A stretch of DNA of 64,000 nt. Origin: Eledone cirrhosa. Its lineage: Eukaryota. Location: assembly GCA_964016885.1 (NCBI GenBank), contig OZ024753.1, positions 27,280,001 to 27,344,000 of the forward strand, written 5' to 3'. Under the pieces are notes generated by a model, which had not been told where the DNA came from, did no database searches, and worked only from the letters and a program-made list of their open reading frames with translations. The translations under genes and the position numbers were made by a program. Of the stretch, positions 40,058 through 53,396 are shown piece by piece (the stretch's first letter is position 1; each line of letters opens with the position of its first letter).

Positions 40058-40604
40058 GATCAGGGGGCGTGTGGGTATGGTGTGGCGTGCGGTGGCCGGA
40101 GGCGGGGGAGTGCTCGACCGGAAGGGTCTTTTGGCCGGAAGGATGCTCGACCGGAAGGGCCAGCAGAGGGCCTCTCTCTAGTGGTGACCAGCACACGCTG
40201 TGGACGCGAGTTTTGGGCAGCTCCCGGTGTTAAGCAGTTGGACGCACGTGGAAGAGGAGTAACCTGCAGTGGACTTTAGCAGCGCCTGTGAAAAGCGGTA
40301 AGTGAGATAGCTTTTTCTAACCACACGAACATTAGTGAAGCAACATCCACTAAATAATAAATGGACACTCCAGACCCGACCTGTACTGGCACTAGTGAAA
40401 CAATACACATAAGATAAAGATGCTAAACACCAACATACGAACAGGCATTAAAATCCACATGGGACTGATTGCTTGAACACCGGCCAAAGTTACTCCCCCT
40501 GCTCTGTGATAATAAAAACACATGCAAGGAGAAAATGAATGATGATGTTAATTTAACCGTAAATTCCCTCCTGGGACCTATATTGAACATTATTTTGCTT
40601 TCCA

Positions 40605-40647
40605 TGCCCTTGATAAGTCCGCTAAGGGCGAAACGTACGTAGGTGCA
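40605..40647 (+). ncRNA. Minimal hammerhead with U3-A8 core variant
   Basis: TGCCC-TTGATAA-GTCC-GCTAA-GGGC-GAAAC-GTAC-GTA-GGTGCA; mirror copy 57827-57869 has a stem III substitution. Confidence 0.6.
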
Positions 40648-40859
40648 CAATTATATAAACATGTTTTAATGGTTTTAAACTCTTTGTATTGATTTCTTTA
40701 TGATCGCTCTGCTTATTATTTTTTCTCGCCCACTAAATATTGACGCCTGTAGGCACGAGTATTGAGCACACATGCATAAACTATTGGCAACTAAATATGT
40801 GTCGACCATCTTTCCATTCTCTTCTCTCTCTCGATACCTAATCATTCTATATATATATA

Positions 40860-40893
40860 TAGTTTTCATCATCGTCTACAATAGCATTATAGA

Positions 40894-40927
<34 letters not shown>

Positions 40928-41214
40928 TAAATTTAGTCCTTCATCAGTGATCTTCCAACCTTCATTGGTATTTCATCGCTTTAAAGACCATATACCTCCG
41001 GTTGGTGTGAGCAACGGCTAAAGAAAGTCGTTGTGACACGTAAACAAGGGGAACGAGCAAGACTGTAAACAATCAAAGAAGGTAATGCAACGAATATATA
41101 TATATATAGTTTTCTTCATCGTCTACCATAGCATTATAGACCAATATATATGTGTGTATATATATATATATATATAGTTTTCTTCATCGTCTACAATAGC
41201 ATTATAGACCAATA

Positions 41215-41250
<36 letters not shown>

Positions 41251-41358
41251 GTTTTCTTCATCGTCTACAATTGCATTATAGACCAATATATATGTGTGTA
41301 TATATATATATATATATAGTTTTCTTCATCGTCTACAATAGCATTATAGACCAATATA

Positions 41359-41405
<47 letters not shown>

Positions 41406-41440
41406 TTCTTCATCGTCTACAATAGCATTATAGACTAATA
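40860..41440 (+). repeat. Repeats of a ~38-bp unit AGTTTTCTTCATCGTCTACAATAGCATTATAGAC(C/T)AAT separated by (TA)n
   Basis: Units at ~40861, 41108, 41176, 41250, 41318 and 41402; inverted copies at ~48162, 57580 and 62655. Confidence 0.85.
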
Positions 41441-42125
41441 TATATATATATAATTAAATAAACGGAGAAAGCTATTAGCGTTACTCCGACCAATTTCCAA
41501 CTCACTCATCAAACATTAGGAAATACCGGAGTATATTCCCAATTAAACGTTTGGGGTGCTAACTATATTTTATTGTGTGGATAATTGGCTGTATTATTTC
41601 ATATGAGATATATTAAAGAACTCATTCCCCAAACGATCGTTTTATTTTAAGATTTCTACATGGTGAAATTATACCAAGTTATGTAGAAGTTTGTGTAAGA
41701 TCAATGGATTCTTATGCAAATGGTCCCTTATAAATCTTCAGTGGGTCCCCGATAATATTAATGTTAATAACTAAATCAACATCAATATTTAGCGATAAAC
41801 ACCATCAGTGCTAGAAGGAATTGTTAGGTTATAAGTGCAGCAGCTCTAAAGAAAATCTCACACTGTCCCCAAAATGGGAGGAGGTGGCTACCATGAAAAA
41901 TAATATACACGCAGGTCATTGAACTCTGAGAAGAATTCAAGCCCCGTGCGAAGAACTCAATTGGATATGAAAAAATAAATATATGTGGGCACTGATTAAG
42001 GACACATAGAGATATTTCTCAGACAAAATAACAGATATGAGATACAGAAACAAACAATCAATATTCATATAAAAAAAATAAGCAAAGAGAGTCATACCTT
42101 ATATCGGGAAAGTTCATGTCTGATG

Positions 42126-42263
<138 letters not shown>

Positions 42264-42297
42264 TATATATTATATATATATATATATATAATATATA

Positions 42298-42379
<82 letters not shown>

Positions 42380-42385
42380 ATATAT

Positions 42386-42417
<32 letters not shown>

Positions 42418-42461
42418 ATATATATAATATATATATATATATATTATATATATATATATAT

Positions 42462-42493
<32 letters not shown>

Positions 42494-42499
42494 ATATAT

Positions 42500-42531
<32 letters not shown>

Positions 42532-42543
42532 ATATTATATATA

Positions 42544-42621
<78 letters not shown>

Positions 42622-42644
42622 ATATGTTATATATATATATATAT

Positions 42645-42676
<32 letters not shown>

Positions 42677-42680
42677 ATAT

Positions 42681-42712
<32 letters not shown>

Positions 42713-42754
42713 ATATTATATATATATAATATATATATTATATATAATATATAT

Positions 42755-42786
<32 letters not shown>

Positions 42787-42809
42787 ATATTATATATATA
42801 TATATATAT

Positions 42810-42843
<34 letters not shown>

Positions 42844-42849
42844 ATATAT

Positions 42850-43008
<159 letters not shown>

Positions 43009-43044
43009 ATATAATATATATATATATTTATAATATATATATAT

Positions 43045-43086
<42 letters not shown>

Positions 43087-43107
43087 ATTATATATATATA
43101 TAATATG

Positions 43108-43138
<31 letters not shown>

Positions 43139-43146
43139 TATATATA

Positions 43147-43196
<50 letters not shown>

Positions 43197-43790
43197 ATAT
43201 ATATATATGTATTATATATATATATTATATATATATATATTATATATATATATATTATATATATATATTATATATATATTATATATATATATTATATATA
43301 TATATACTGGGGTTGGCTGGACATGCTCACCGACATCCAATATATATATATATATAATATATATATATATATATAATGTATATATAATATATATATATTT
43401 ATAATATATATATATAATATATATATAATATATATATATATATAATATAATATATATATATAATATATATATATAATATATATATATAATATATATATAT
43501 AATATATATATATATAATATAATATATGTATAATATATATATATATAATATAATATATATATAATATATATATATATAATAAATATATATATATTTATTA
43601 TATATATATTTATTATATATATATTATATATATATAATATTATATATATATATATTATATATATATATTATATATATATTATATATATATATATTATATA
43701 TATATATTATATTATATATATATTATATATATATTATATATATATATTATAAATATATATATATTATATATATATTATATATATATATAC

Positions 43791-43823
<33 letters not shown>

Positions 43824-44521
43824 ATATACATATTATATATATATATATTATATATATTATATATATATATATATTATATATATATATATATTATATATAT
43901 ATTATATATATATTATATATATATATATTATATATTTATTATATATATATATTATATATTATATTATATATATATATAATATATATATATATTATATATA
44001 ATATTATATATATATATTATATATATATATATTATATATATATATATACATTATATATTATATTATATATATATATTATATATATATATATATTATATAT
44101 GTATATATATTATATATTATATTATATATATATATTATATATATATATATTATATATATATATATGTTTCCGTTGGTCTTTCCAATTGCTAATACTATCT
44201 ATCGGTCGCAACTCCAGGTAGAAGGAGCAACGTGAAATAAAGTGTCTTGCTCAAGGACATAACGCATCACGTGGTCCAGGAATCGAACTCATTATATATA
44301 TATTATATATATATTATATATATAATATATATATATATTATATATATATTATATATATATTTATATATATATTATATATATATATATTATATATATATTA
44401 TATATATATATATATTTATATATATTTATATATATATTATATATATATATATTATATATATATTATATATATATACATATATATTATATATATATATATT
44501 ATATATATATATATATATATA

Positions 44522-44580
<59 letters not shown>

Positions 44581-44841
44581 TAATATATATATATATATAA
44601 TATATATATATATATGAAATGAGAAGTTATTTGGGGGTGTGGGTTACTTTATAAAGGTCAGATTTAGCAATGGTCAGATGGCCAGCTGGTCAGTGAGGGG
44701 GTGGAAGCAATATACATACATATATCTCGCTGTGGTCGGTAGGAGAGGGGAGATTGATAGAAAGGGATTTAGTGCATTTACACCTATATATACACACATA
44801 CCTTCATCCACACATACATATATATACATATACATACACAC

Positions 44842-44908
<67 letters not shown>

Positions 44909-45041
44909 CACACATACATACACACACATACATATACATACACACATACACACACACATATATTCACATACACACACATATATATATATACACACACACA
45001 CATATATATATATACATACATACACATACATCCAGATACAC

Positions 45042-45080
<39 letters not shown>

Positions 45081-45198
45081 CACATACACACACATATATA
45101 TACACACACACACACATATATATATATATACACATACGCATCCAGATACACACATACATACACACACACACACGCACACACAATACATCCATCCACAT

Positions 45199-45239
<41 letters not shown>

Positions 45240-45688
45240 TACATACACCCACACACAGAGAAATGGCCTCCAAATATATATATATACATACATACACATA
45301 TATTGTTTCCATAATATAAGAAGTTAGGGCAGTGAAATTAAAATACAAGTCATTCTGATCACATTGAGTTCTTCATGTAGATTGGGCCCCGCAACCGACA
45401 GTGGTGAATTCTGTGTGCGCATATATATATATAGATATATGTGTGTGCACGTGCAGGGTTTAACAGGGATGTGTTGGTCACACAAAGGCATGGTCTGTCA
45501 ACGAATAAACCTGATTCTACAGAATTGGTCTCTGGTCTTTAAAGTAGTGATAATTATATACATGCACACATACAAACACATATATCTGTCACTCCGTGCG
45601 TATGCGTGTTTATATTTTATGACAATTCTATTGGGGTGATAACCCGTTTAGTTTTGGTTTAAATTTGTTAAGGAATAGATTTTCTTTA

Positions 45689-45888
45689 NNNNNNNNNNNN
45701 NNNNNNNNNNNNNNNNNNNNNNNNNNNNNNNNNNNNNNNNNNNNNNNNNNNNNNNNNNNNNNNNNNNNNNNNNNNNNNNNNNNNNNNNNNNNNNNNNNNN
45801 NNNNNNNNNNNNNNNNNNNNNNNNNNNNNNNNNNNNNNNNNNNNNNNNNNNNNNNNNNNNNNNNNNNNNNNNNNNNNNNNNNNNNNNN
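45689..45888. other. Assembly gap (200 N)
   Basis: Run of exactly 200 n, consistent with an arbitrary-length scaffolding join. Confidence 0.98.
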
Positions 45889-46229
45889 CATATATATATA
45901 TAATATAATATATATAATATAATATATATATATAATATATATATATAATATATATATATATATAATATATATATAATATATAATATATTATATATAAAAT
46001 ATATAATATATATATATAAAATATATAATATATAATATATATATTTATATAATATATATATATAATATCTATATATATATGATATATATATATATAATAT
46101 CTATATATATATAATATCTATATATATATAACATATATATATATAATATCTATATATATATAATATATATATATATATATAATATCTATATATATATAAT
46201 ATATATATATATATAATATATATATATAT

Positions 46230-46260
<31 letters not shown>

Positions 46261-46395
46261 ATATATATATATATATAATATATAATATATATATATATAA
46301 TATATATATATATATAATATATATATATTTAATATATATATATATAATATATATATATATAATATATATATATATAATATATATATATATAATAT

Positions 46396-46479
<84 letters not shown>

Positions 46480-46491
46480 TATATAATATAT

Positions 46492-46535
<44 letters not shown>

Positions 46536-46587
46536 TATATAATATACGATATTAAACAAATGGAAACTATATTTATAAAACCATATT

Positions 46588-46653
46588 TATTTTATTATAT
46601 ATATTTCAGGGATATCATATTAAAAATATGGCATGCCTTCGTCAGATAAAATA
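46588..46653 (-). ncRNA. Type I hammerhead ribozyme
   Basis: TATTTTAT-CTGACGA-AGG...CCT-GAAAT-ATAT-ATA-ATAAAATA; same stem I as 8544-8614 but a different stem II. Confidence 0.6.
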
Positions 46654-46833
46654 CAACATTTAAACAGTTTTTTAAAGAATTTTGACCATTATATTTGGAA
46701 GCTGTCCAGACAGCTTATATTATATATATATATATACATATTATATATATATATATACATATTATATATATATATATATATATATACATATTATATATAT
46801 ATATATTATATTATATATAATATTATATATATA

Positions 46834-46872
<39 letters not shown>

Positions 46873-46876
46873 ATAT

Positions 46877-46949
<73 letters not shown>

Positions 46950-46953
46950 ATAT

Positions 46954-47014
<61 letters not shown>

Positions 47015-47043
47015 TATAAATATATATATATATTATATATATA

Positions 47044-47092
<49 letters not shown>

Positions 47093-47182
47093 ATACAATA
47101 TAAATATATATATATATTATATTATAAATATATATATATATTATATTATAAATATATATATATATTATATTATAAATATATA

Positions 47183-47229
<47 letters not shown>

Positions 47230-47329
47230 ATATAATATAAATATATATATATATTATATTATAAATATATATATATATTATATTATAAATATATATATAT
47301 ATTATATTATAAATATATATATCATATAT

Positions 47330-47481
<152 letters not shown>

Positions 47482-48232
47482 CATGAACTTTCCCGATATA
47501 AGGTATGACTCTCTTTGCTTATTTTTTTCATATGAATATTGATTGTTTGTTTCTGTATCTCATATCTGTTATTTTGTCTGAGAAATATCTCTATGTGTCC
47601 TTAATCAGTGCCCACATATATTTATTTTTTCATATCCAATTGAGTTCTTCCCACGGGCCTTGAATTCTTCTCAGAGTTCAATGACCTGCGTGTATATTAT
47701 TTTTCATGGTAGCCACCTCCTCCCATTTTGGTGACAGTGTGAGATTTTCTTTAGAGCTGCTGCACTTACAACCTAACATTTCCTTCTAGCACATGGTGTT
47801 TATCGCTAAATATTGATGTTGATTTAGTTATTAACATTAATATTATTGGGGACCTACTGATGATTTATAAGGGACCATTTGCATCAGAATCCATTGATCT
47901 TACACAAACTTCTACATAACTTGGTATAATTTCACCATGTAGAAATCTTAAAATAAAACGATCGTTTTGGGGAATGAGTTCTTTAATATATCTCATATGA
48001 AATAATACAGCCAATTATCCACACAATAAAATATAGTTAGCACCCCAAACGTTTAATTGGGAATATACTCCGGTATTTCCTAATGTTTGATGAGTGAGTT
48101 GGAAATTGGTCGGAGTATCGCTAATAGCTTTCTCCGTTTATTTAATTATATATATATATATTAGTCTATAATGCTATTGTAGACGATGAAGAAAACTATA
48201 TATATATATATATACACACATTATATATATAT

Positions 48233-48316
<84 letters not shown>

Positions 48317-49120
48317 CATGAACTTTCCCGATATAAGGTATGACTCTCTTTGCTTATTTTTTTCATATGAATATTGATTGTTTGTTTCTGTATCTCATAT
48401 CTGTTATTTTAAATCTCATTTGAGCATTTGATTGTTGTGATATGGCTAACTGTAACACTTAAGGCGTTCGTGTGCCCCTGATATATTCAAGAAATATATT
48501 CTAAAAATATATATCTTATCTCACTTTACTTTATTTTATTTTATTTCATTGTATTTTATTTGTTATAATTTTATTTTATTTTATTCTTTACCCTTTATCT
48601 CTATTATCTGTATATTTTATATATATATTTTTTATATTTTTTATATATATTATTTGTCTATTTTTTATCTTTTTTTAATCTATTTTTTATCTATTTTTAT
48701 CTACTCCTATCTATCTTATCTATTCTTGTCTATTCCTTATCTATTCTCTATCTCTTATCCACGGTTAATCTATTTTTTATCTATGGTTAATCTATTTTTA
48801 TCCTTTGTTTATCTTACTTTTACCCATTGTATTTTTACCCATTGTATATCCACCATTCATCTCTTAGCTTTTGCATACTCGTCCATGATATGTTATTTGT
48901 ATTAGTCTATACTATATGTGTTGCATATGGCTGCCTGTTGTGTGGTTGCATGCGGGTGCTCATGCTTATGCGTATGCTTGTATGTAACTGTATGTTAACA
49001 GCACCCTGCCCAACTGTGACTGATAGCACCTCTTATTTTTCAATGCTTATTTTTCAATGTTTATTTTTTATTTCTTCAATGTCTTGGATTTGTTATTGCT
49101 TGTGTAATATGTAATCACTC

Positions 49121-49176
49121 TTTATGCTCTGATGAGTCCCACTTATAGTGTGGACGAAACACTGTTAGCAAGTAAA
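49121..49176 (+). ncRNA. Type I hammerhead ribozyme in a pLTR-like segment (~48410-49300)
   Basis: TGCT-CTGATGA-GTCC-CACT-TAT-AGTG-T-GGAC-GAAAC-ACT-GTT-AGCA. Confidence 0.78.
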
Positions 49177-49304
49177 GATATACCTATGCTCTAAGCGTTC
49201 TTTGTTGTTAATTATATTACGGCTCTGTCCTCAGACATCGAGCTAACCTTATACTGCCTATTGGATAAGTGGAGTGTTACACACTCGTGATCCTCTCCCT
49301 TATA

Positions 49305-49436
<132 letters not shown>

Positions 49437-49525
49437 ATATATATACAAATATACACACACATACACAGACCTATACATAAGTATACACATATATATATAC
49501 AGTCATATAACGCATATATACACAC

Positions 49526-49589
<64 letters not shown>

Positions 49590-49645
49590 GCATACACACA
49601 TACACACACACACACAAATATATATACACACTCTCTCTCACGCGC

Positions 49646-49706
<61 letters not shown>

Positions 49707-49721
49707 TATATATATACATAT

Positions 49722-49770
<49 letters not shown>

Positions 49771-49779
49771 TACACACAT

Positions 49780-49826
<47 letters not shown>

Positions 49827-50285
49827 CATACATATACATATATATATATACATATACATATATATATAAACATACATATATACATACACATACACATACA
49901 TACATACATACACATACACATACATACACACATATATATATATATATATACATATATATATACACATATATATACACATATATACATACACATACATACA
50001 TAAATATACACACATAAAACACATATACACACAAACATATATATATATATATATATATACACATACACATACATATACACACATACAAACAAATATATAC
50101 ACATACAAATAAATAGGTACTCAATAAATATACGCATATACGCAGGCACATAAAGACACCTCTACAGGCAAAAAAATGTAGATACGAAAGAGGTACTCAC
50201 GTAACCATAGTGGCCGTATTTCAGGTTGAGGAGGGGTGGGGGTAGGTGGGGAGGAGGTATAGGGACCAATAGGGGGAGGTCGTTT

Positions 50286-52427
50286 TTAGCCATCGGGCTT
50301 TAACACTGGCTTAAAGTGTTTGAAAGTTGCAAAGTTCTTGTGCATGCAGTTCGGGCAGTGTTCAGAGAGTTTGTTCAGTAGCGGGCCCTTGGCGAATAAA
50401 ATTTCGTAGCTCTCTGAAATACAAAGGTCGCAGCCCTTGTGTCCTCCGTTGTAAGAGCGCGCTTTCTGGAGTATTTTCCATTTAAGCGCGAAGGGGGTGG
50501 AGTTCCTTTTGAGGTCCCAAACGTAGGAGGCGAGTGTTGTCTGATTTGATTTATCCGGTCTTCTGAAGGAGTGGGTATGGGCATACCAACGGGTCTTAAA
50601 GTTGTTGGAGGTCATGCCGATGTAAGTTTTTTTGCAATCCTCGGTGCCTGAGATGACATCGCATTTGTATACGATGTCATTTGTGAGGCATTTGTTTTCA
50701 AGTGGGCATGCTTCCTTATTTAGGCAATTACATAGAGCCCCAGTCCGGGGATTGGTTTCGGAGGTGGTTGGCTTATTTAATTTAGAATTGTGGTTGGCTA
50801 TATTCCTAGCTAGGTTAGGTGTGGTGGAGTAAGACAGTCTTATAGTGTTCTTATTAAAGATGGTGTAGTACCTATGTTGTATGGGGAAGTGTAATTTCAG
50901 TAAAGTGAAGAAAATCCTAGCTATCGGAGTAGATACCTCTCTATTGAAGGGAGGGTTGTACCAGCTAATCTGCCTATGTCTATTCCTCCTCTGCAATATT
51001 GCGGTGGTTTCTAGGTAAGTTATCTTATCTTTAAATCCGCTACGGGCGAGGGCGTCATTGTAGTAGGAGGCAGATGCATTAAAAATATCTTTGTTGGCGG
51101 AGAGGCCAGATATTCTAATAGAGACGCTTTTTACTAGGTTATCAGTGATGTTTTGGGGGTGGTTTGAATTAACATTAATATATTTAAGGGACTCGTTAGG
51201 TTTGTGGTACGGGTAATAGAGGGAAGTATCTAGGTCGAGAGTGACATCTAAGAAGTTGGCCCTAGTCAAATTAGAATCTATAGTTATACTAAATCCTAGA
51301 TTAGAGAAGAAAGAGCTTAAGTTTTTCCGAAACCCATCGGTGGTTCTGGGGTTAACCTTATGCAGGGCGAAGAGGCCGTCGTCTCGGTATAAACCTCCCG
51401 TTAGGCCGGTAAAGAGGTTCTTCAGGTTATGTAGGATGTACAGGACCACAAGGTCGCTAATTTCAGCCGAGTCACTCGCCCCCATGCTAACGTCAAATGG
51501 GGTCTGAGATTTCTTGTTGATCCAGTAAGATCCATCGTGGTATAGAAAAGTCTTACGAGCGTGGAGGATAACAACTTGCTCAGCATCGGTAATGGTGGTA
51601 AAATTCCTGGCAAAGTTAATTGCGTCCTTCAGGAGGGGCTCCGAGATAGAGGCATAGTAGTTTTCTATGTCGAGTTGCAGGAAGCGAGTGTGGTGTTTAT
51701 CGGGTAATTCTTGGAACCATGATATTGCCTCAGATGTTCTACTCCAGAGTGGAAGTGGTGAGGCTGCCCGCAATGATGGTAGAACTCTATCCAGGATCTT
51801 CTTACTGATAGAGCCGATGTCAGAACGAGTGGGGTTGATAAGTCTGATTGATGGTTTGTTGAGGAAATTTCCCTTATGGTCCTTCAGGGTAAAGTGCGGG
51901 GTCTTTACCCTTAAAGGTTCGGTTCGGTCGTGTAATTTAAGGGACTTGGCGATTTCTTTTCCGGCTGCGTTTGTCTCAGTCAGTGCCCTCTCTATTACCT
52001 TTTTGTAGGTGGTCGTGATGGTATTTTTTGCCAGCTTATTGTAGGTCTGTGGGTCTACCTCATAAACGTTTTTGGTTTTATCGGAGGAGACATAAAGATT
52101 AGGGGATTTTTTTATATTCCGTAATTCGGCATTTAAGTAGGCCTGGAATGGTGTGGTGGCTCTACGGAATTTAATATCCTTGATCATCTTGAAGAGGTCT
52201 TCTTCAAATGGTTGGAGTAGGCTATTGGTGGGTGGTGTCTTATTCGTTTTGAAGCCGAACTTCTCATCATTGGTAGATGCTACATCAGGGTTGTCGAGGA
52301 AGAAGGCCCTCCATCTAATTCGCTTGATGAACTCGTCGGTACGTCTGATGAGTGTTTTTAAGTATAGTTTCCTTGGAAGGATAGGGATGTTCTTCAAGGA
52401 AATATCAAGGTCGAGTTTGGTCAGCAT
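50286..52427 (-). CDS. Intact Penelope-like element ORF: reverse transcriptase + C-terminal GIY-YIG endonuclease
   Basis: Uninterrupted ORF (first ATG 52427, 713 aa; open to 52523): LDIENYYASI, FDVSMG, YRDD, NFLDVT, WYNPPF, CNC..CPL..C linker, IVYKC...YIG.T...FKTR. Confidence 0.93.
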   Translation of the reverse strand: MLTKLDLDISLKNIPILPRKLYLKTLIRRTDEFIKRIRWRAFFLDNPDVASTNDEKFGFKTNKTPPTNSLLQPFEEDLFKMIKDIKFRRATTPFQAYLNAELRNIKKSPNLYVSSDKTKNVYEVDPQTYNKLAKNTITTTYKKVIERALTETNAAGKEIAKSLKLHDRTEPLRVKTPHFTLKDHKGNFLNKPSIRLINPTRSDIGSISKKILDRVLPSLRAASPLPLWSRTSEAISWFQELPDKHHTRFLQLDIENYYASISEPLLKDAINFARNFTTITDAEQVVILHARKTFLYHDGSYWINKKSQTPFDVSMGASDSAEISDLVVLYILHNLKNLFTGLTGGLYRDDGLFALHKVNPRTTDGFRKNLSSFFSNLGFSITIDSNLTRANFLDVTLDLDTSLYYPYHKPNESLKYINVNSNHPQNITDNLVKSVSIRISGLSANKDIFNASASYYNDALARSGFKDKITYLETTAILQRRNRHRQISWYNPPFNREVSTPIARIFFTLLKLHFPIQHRYYTIFNKNTIRLSYSTTPNLARNIANHNSKLNKPTTSETNPRTGALCNCLNKEACPLENKCLTNDIVYKCDVISGTEDCKKTYIGMTSNNFKTRWYAHTHSFRRPDKSNQTTLASYVWDLKRNSTPFALKWKILQKARSYNGGHKGCDLCISESYEILFAKGPLLNKLSEHCPNCMHKNFATFKHFKPVLKPDG

Positions 52428-52472
52428 GGTTTCTTGATGATGGTTATAAGGGGCACAGAGAGTGCTAAAATG

Positions 52473-52926
52473 TACGTTATTCCGGGTTGAATCGGAGGTA
52501 ACCACAGTAAGTAAGGTACTCAATACATAACAGAGTATAAAAGTTTTAATATAGATGAGATTCTACAGGACTAGAACTGTTTCATTCATTAGAAATCATC
52601 AGGAATATGGGTATCAAAAAATAAAAATGGTATTTATAGGTCTCTACAAGTGGTAGGAGAGGGTGGGGAGTGGGATGGGTGTAGGTCATTGGTTGATAGA
52701 AAAGGGAATTCATTAAAAGCTAATTCTACAAAGCTATAGTTTATTTTTATTTATTTATGTTTTTAGCGTAACAAGGGCAGACAGAATTCTATAAACAGGT
52801 TCCGGATGGCATACCATTCCTTGTCATTAAGTTTCTCTTAAGCAAACAGATGTCTATAAGATCAGTGGGGGGTCAGTCATGGTCGATAGAATTAAAGAAA
52901 AGGGAGATTCTTTAAAAGCTAAAATC
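52473..52926 (-). repeat. Penelope pseudo-LTR with hammerhead at 52558-52608 (-); inverted copy 57111-57562 with hammerhead 57427-57477 (+)
   Basis: ~450-bp near-identical inverted pair overlapping the ORF 5' region; AGATTC-CTGATGA-TTTC-TAAT-GAAT-GAAACAG-TTCTAGTC-CTGTA-GAATCT. Confidence 0.85.
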
Positions 52927-53115
52927 AATAATATATATATATATATATATATATTTATAAATATGCATGTGTATGTGTGTGTGTGTGTGTGTATATATAT
53001 ATGTGTGCGTGTATATATATGTGTGTGTGTGTATATGTATGTATATCTGTGTATATTTTTATATATATATATATATATTTATGTATATATATATATGTAT
53101 GTATGTGTATATATG

Positions 53116-53146
<31 letters not shown>

Positions 53147-53213
53147 ATATGTGTGTATGTATTTGTGTATATATGTATGTATGTGTATGCGTGTGTGTAT
53201 ATGTGTATGTATA

Positions 53214-53262
<49 letters not shown>

Positions 53263-53355
53263 GTGTATATATGTGTGTGTATATATATGTGTATATGTGT
53301 ATATATGTGTGTATGTGTATATATATATGAATATATGTATGAATGGTGTATATCG

Positions 53356-53393
<38 letters not shown>

Positions 53394-53396
<3 letters not shown>

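Larger units (their letters stand above)
36060..40325 (+). mobile_element. Ty3/Gypsy LTR retrotransposon, full length, pol frameshifted
   Basis: LTRs 36060-36411 and 40070-40325 (TGTGG...CCACA); flanks CAAAC/CGAAC (perfect CAAAC TSD in the mirror copy); purine-rich tract before the 3' LTR; PR-RT-RH-IN order. Confidence 0.95.

Noticed and set aside
40860-41440. CRISPR-like regularly spaced 38-bp repeats
   Set aside because: Spacers are (TA)n rather than unique sequence, there are no cas genes, and the context is eukaryotic.
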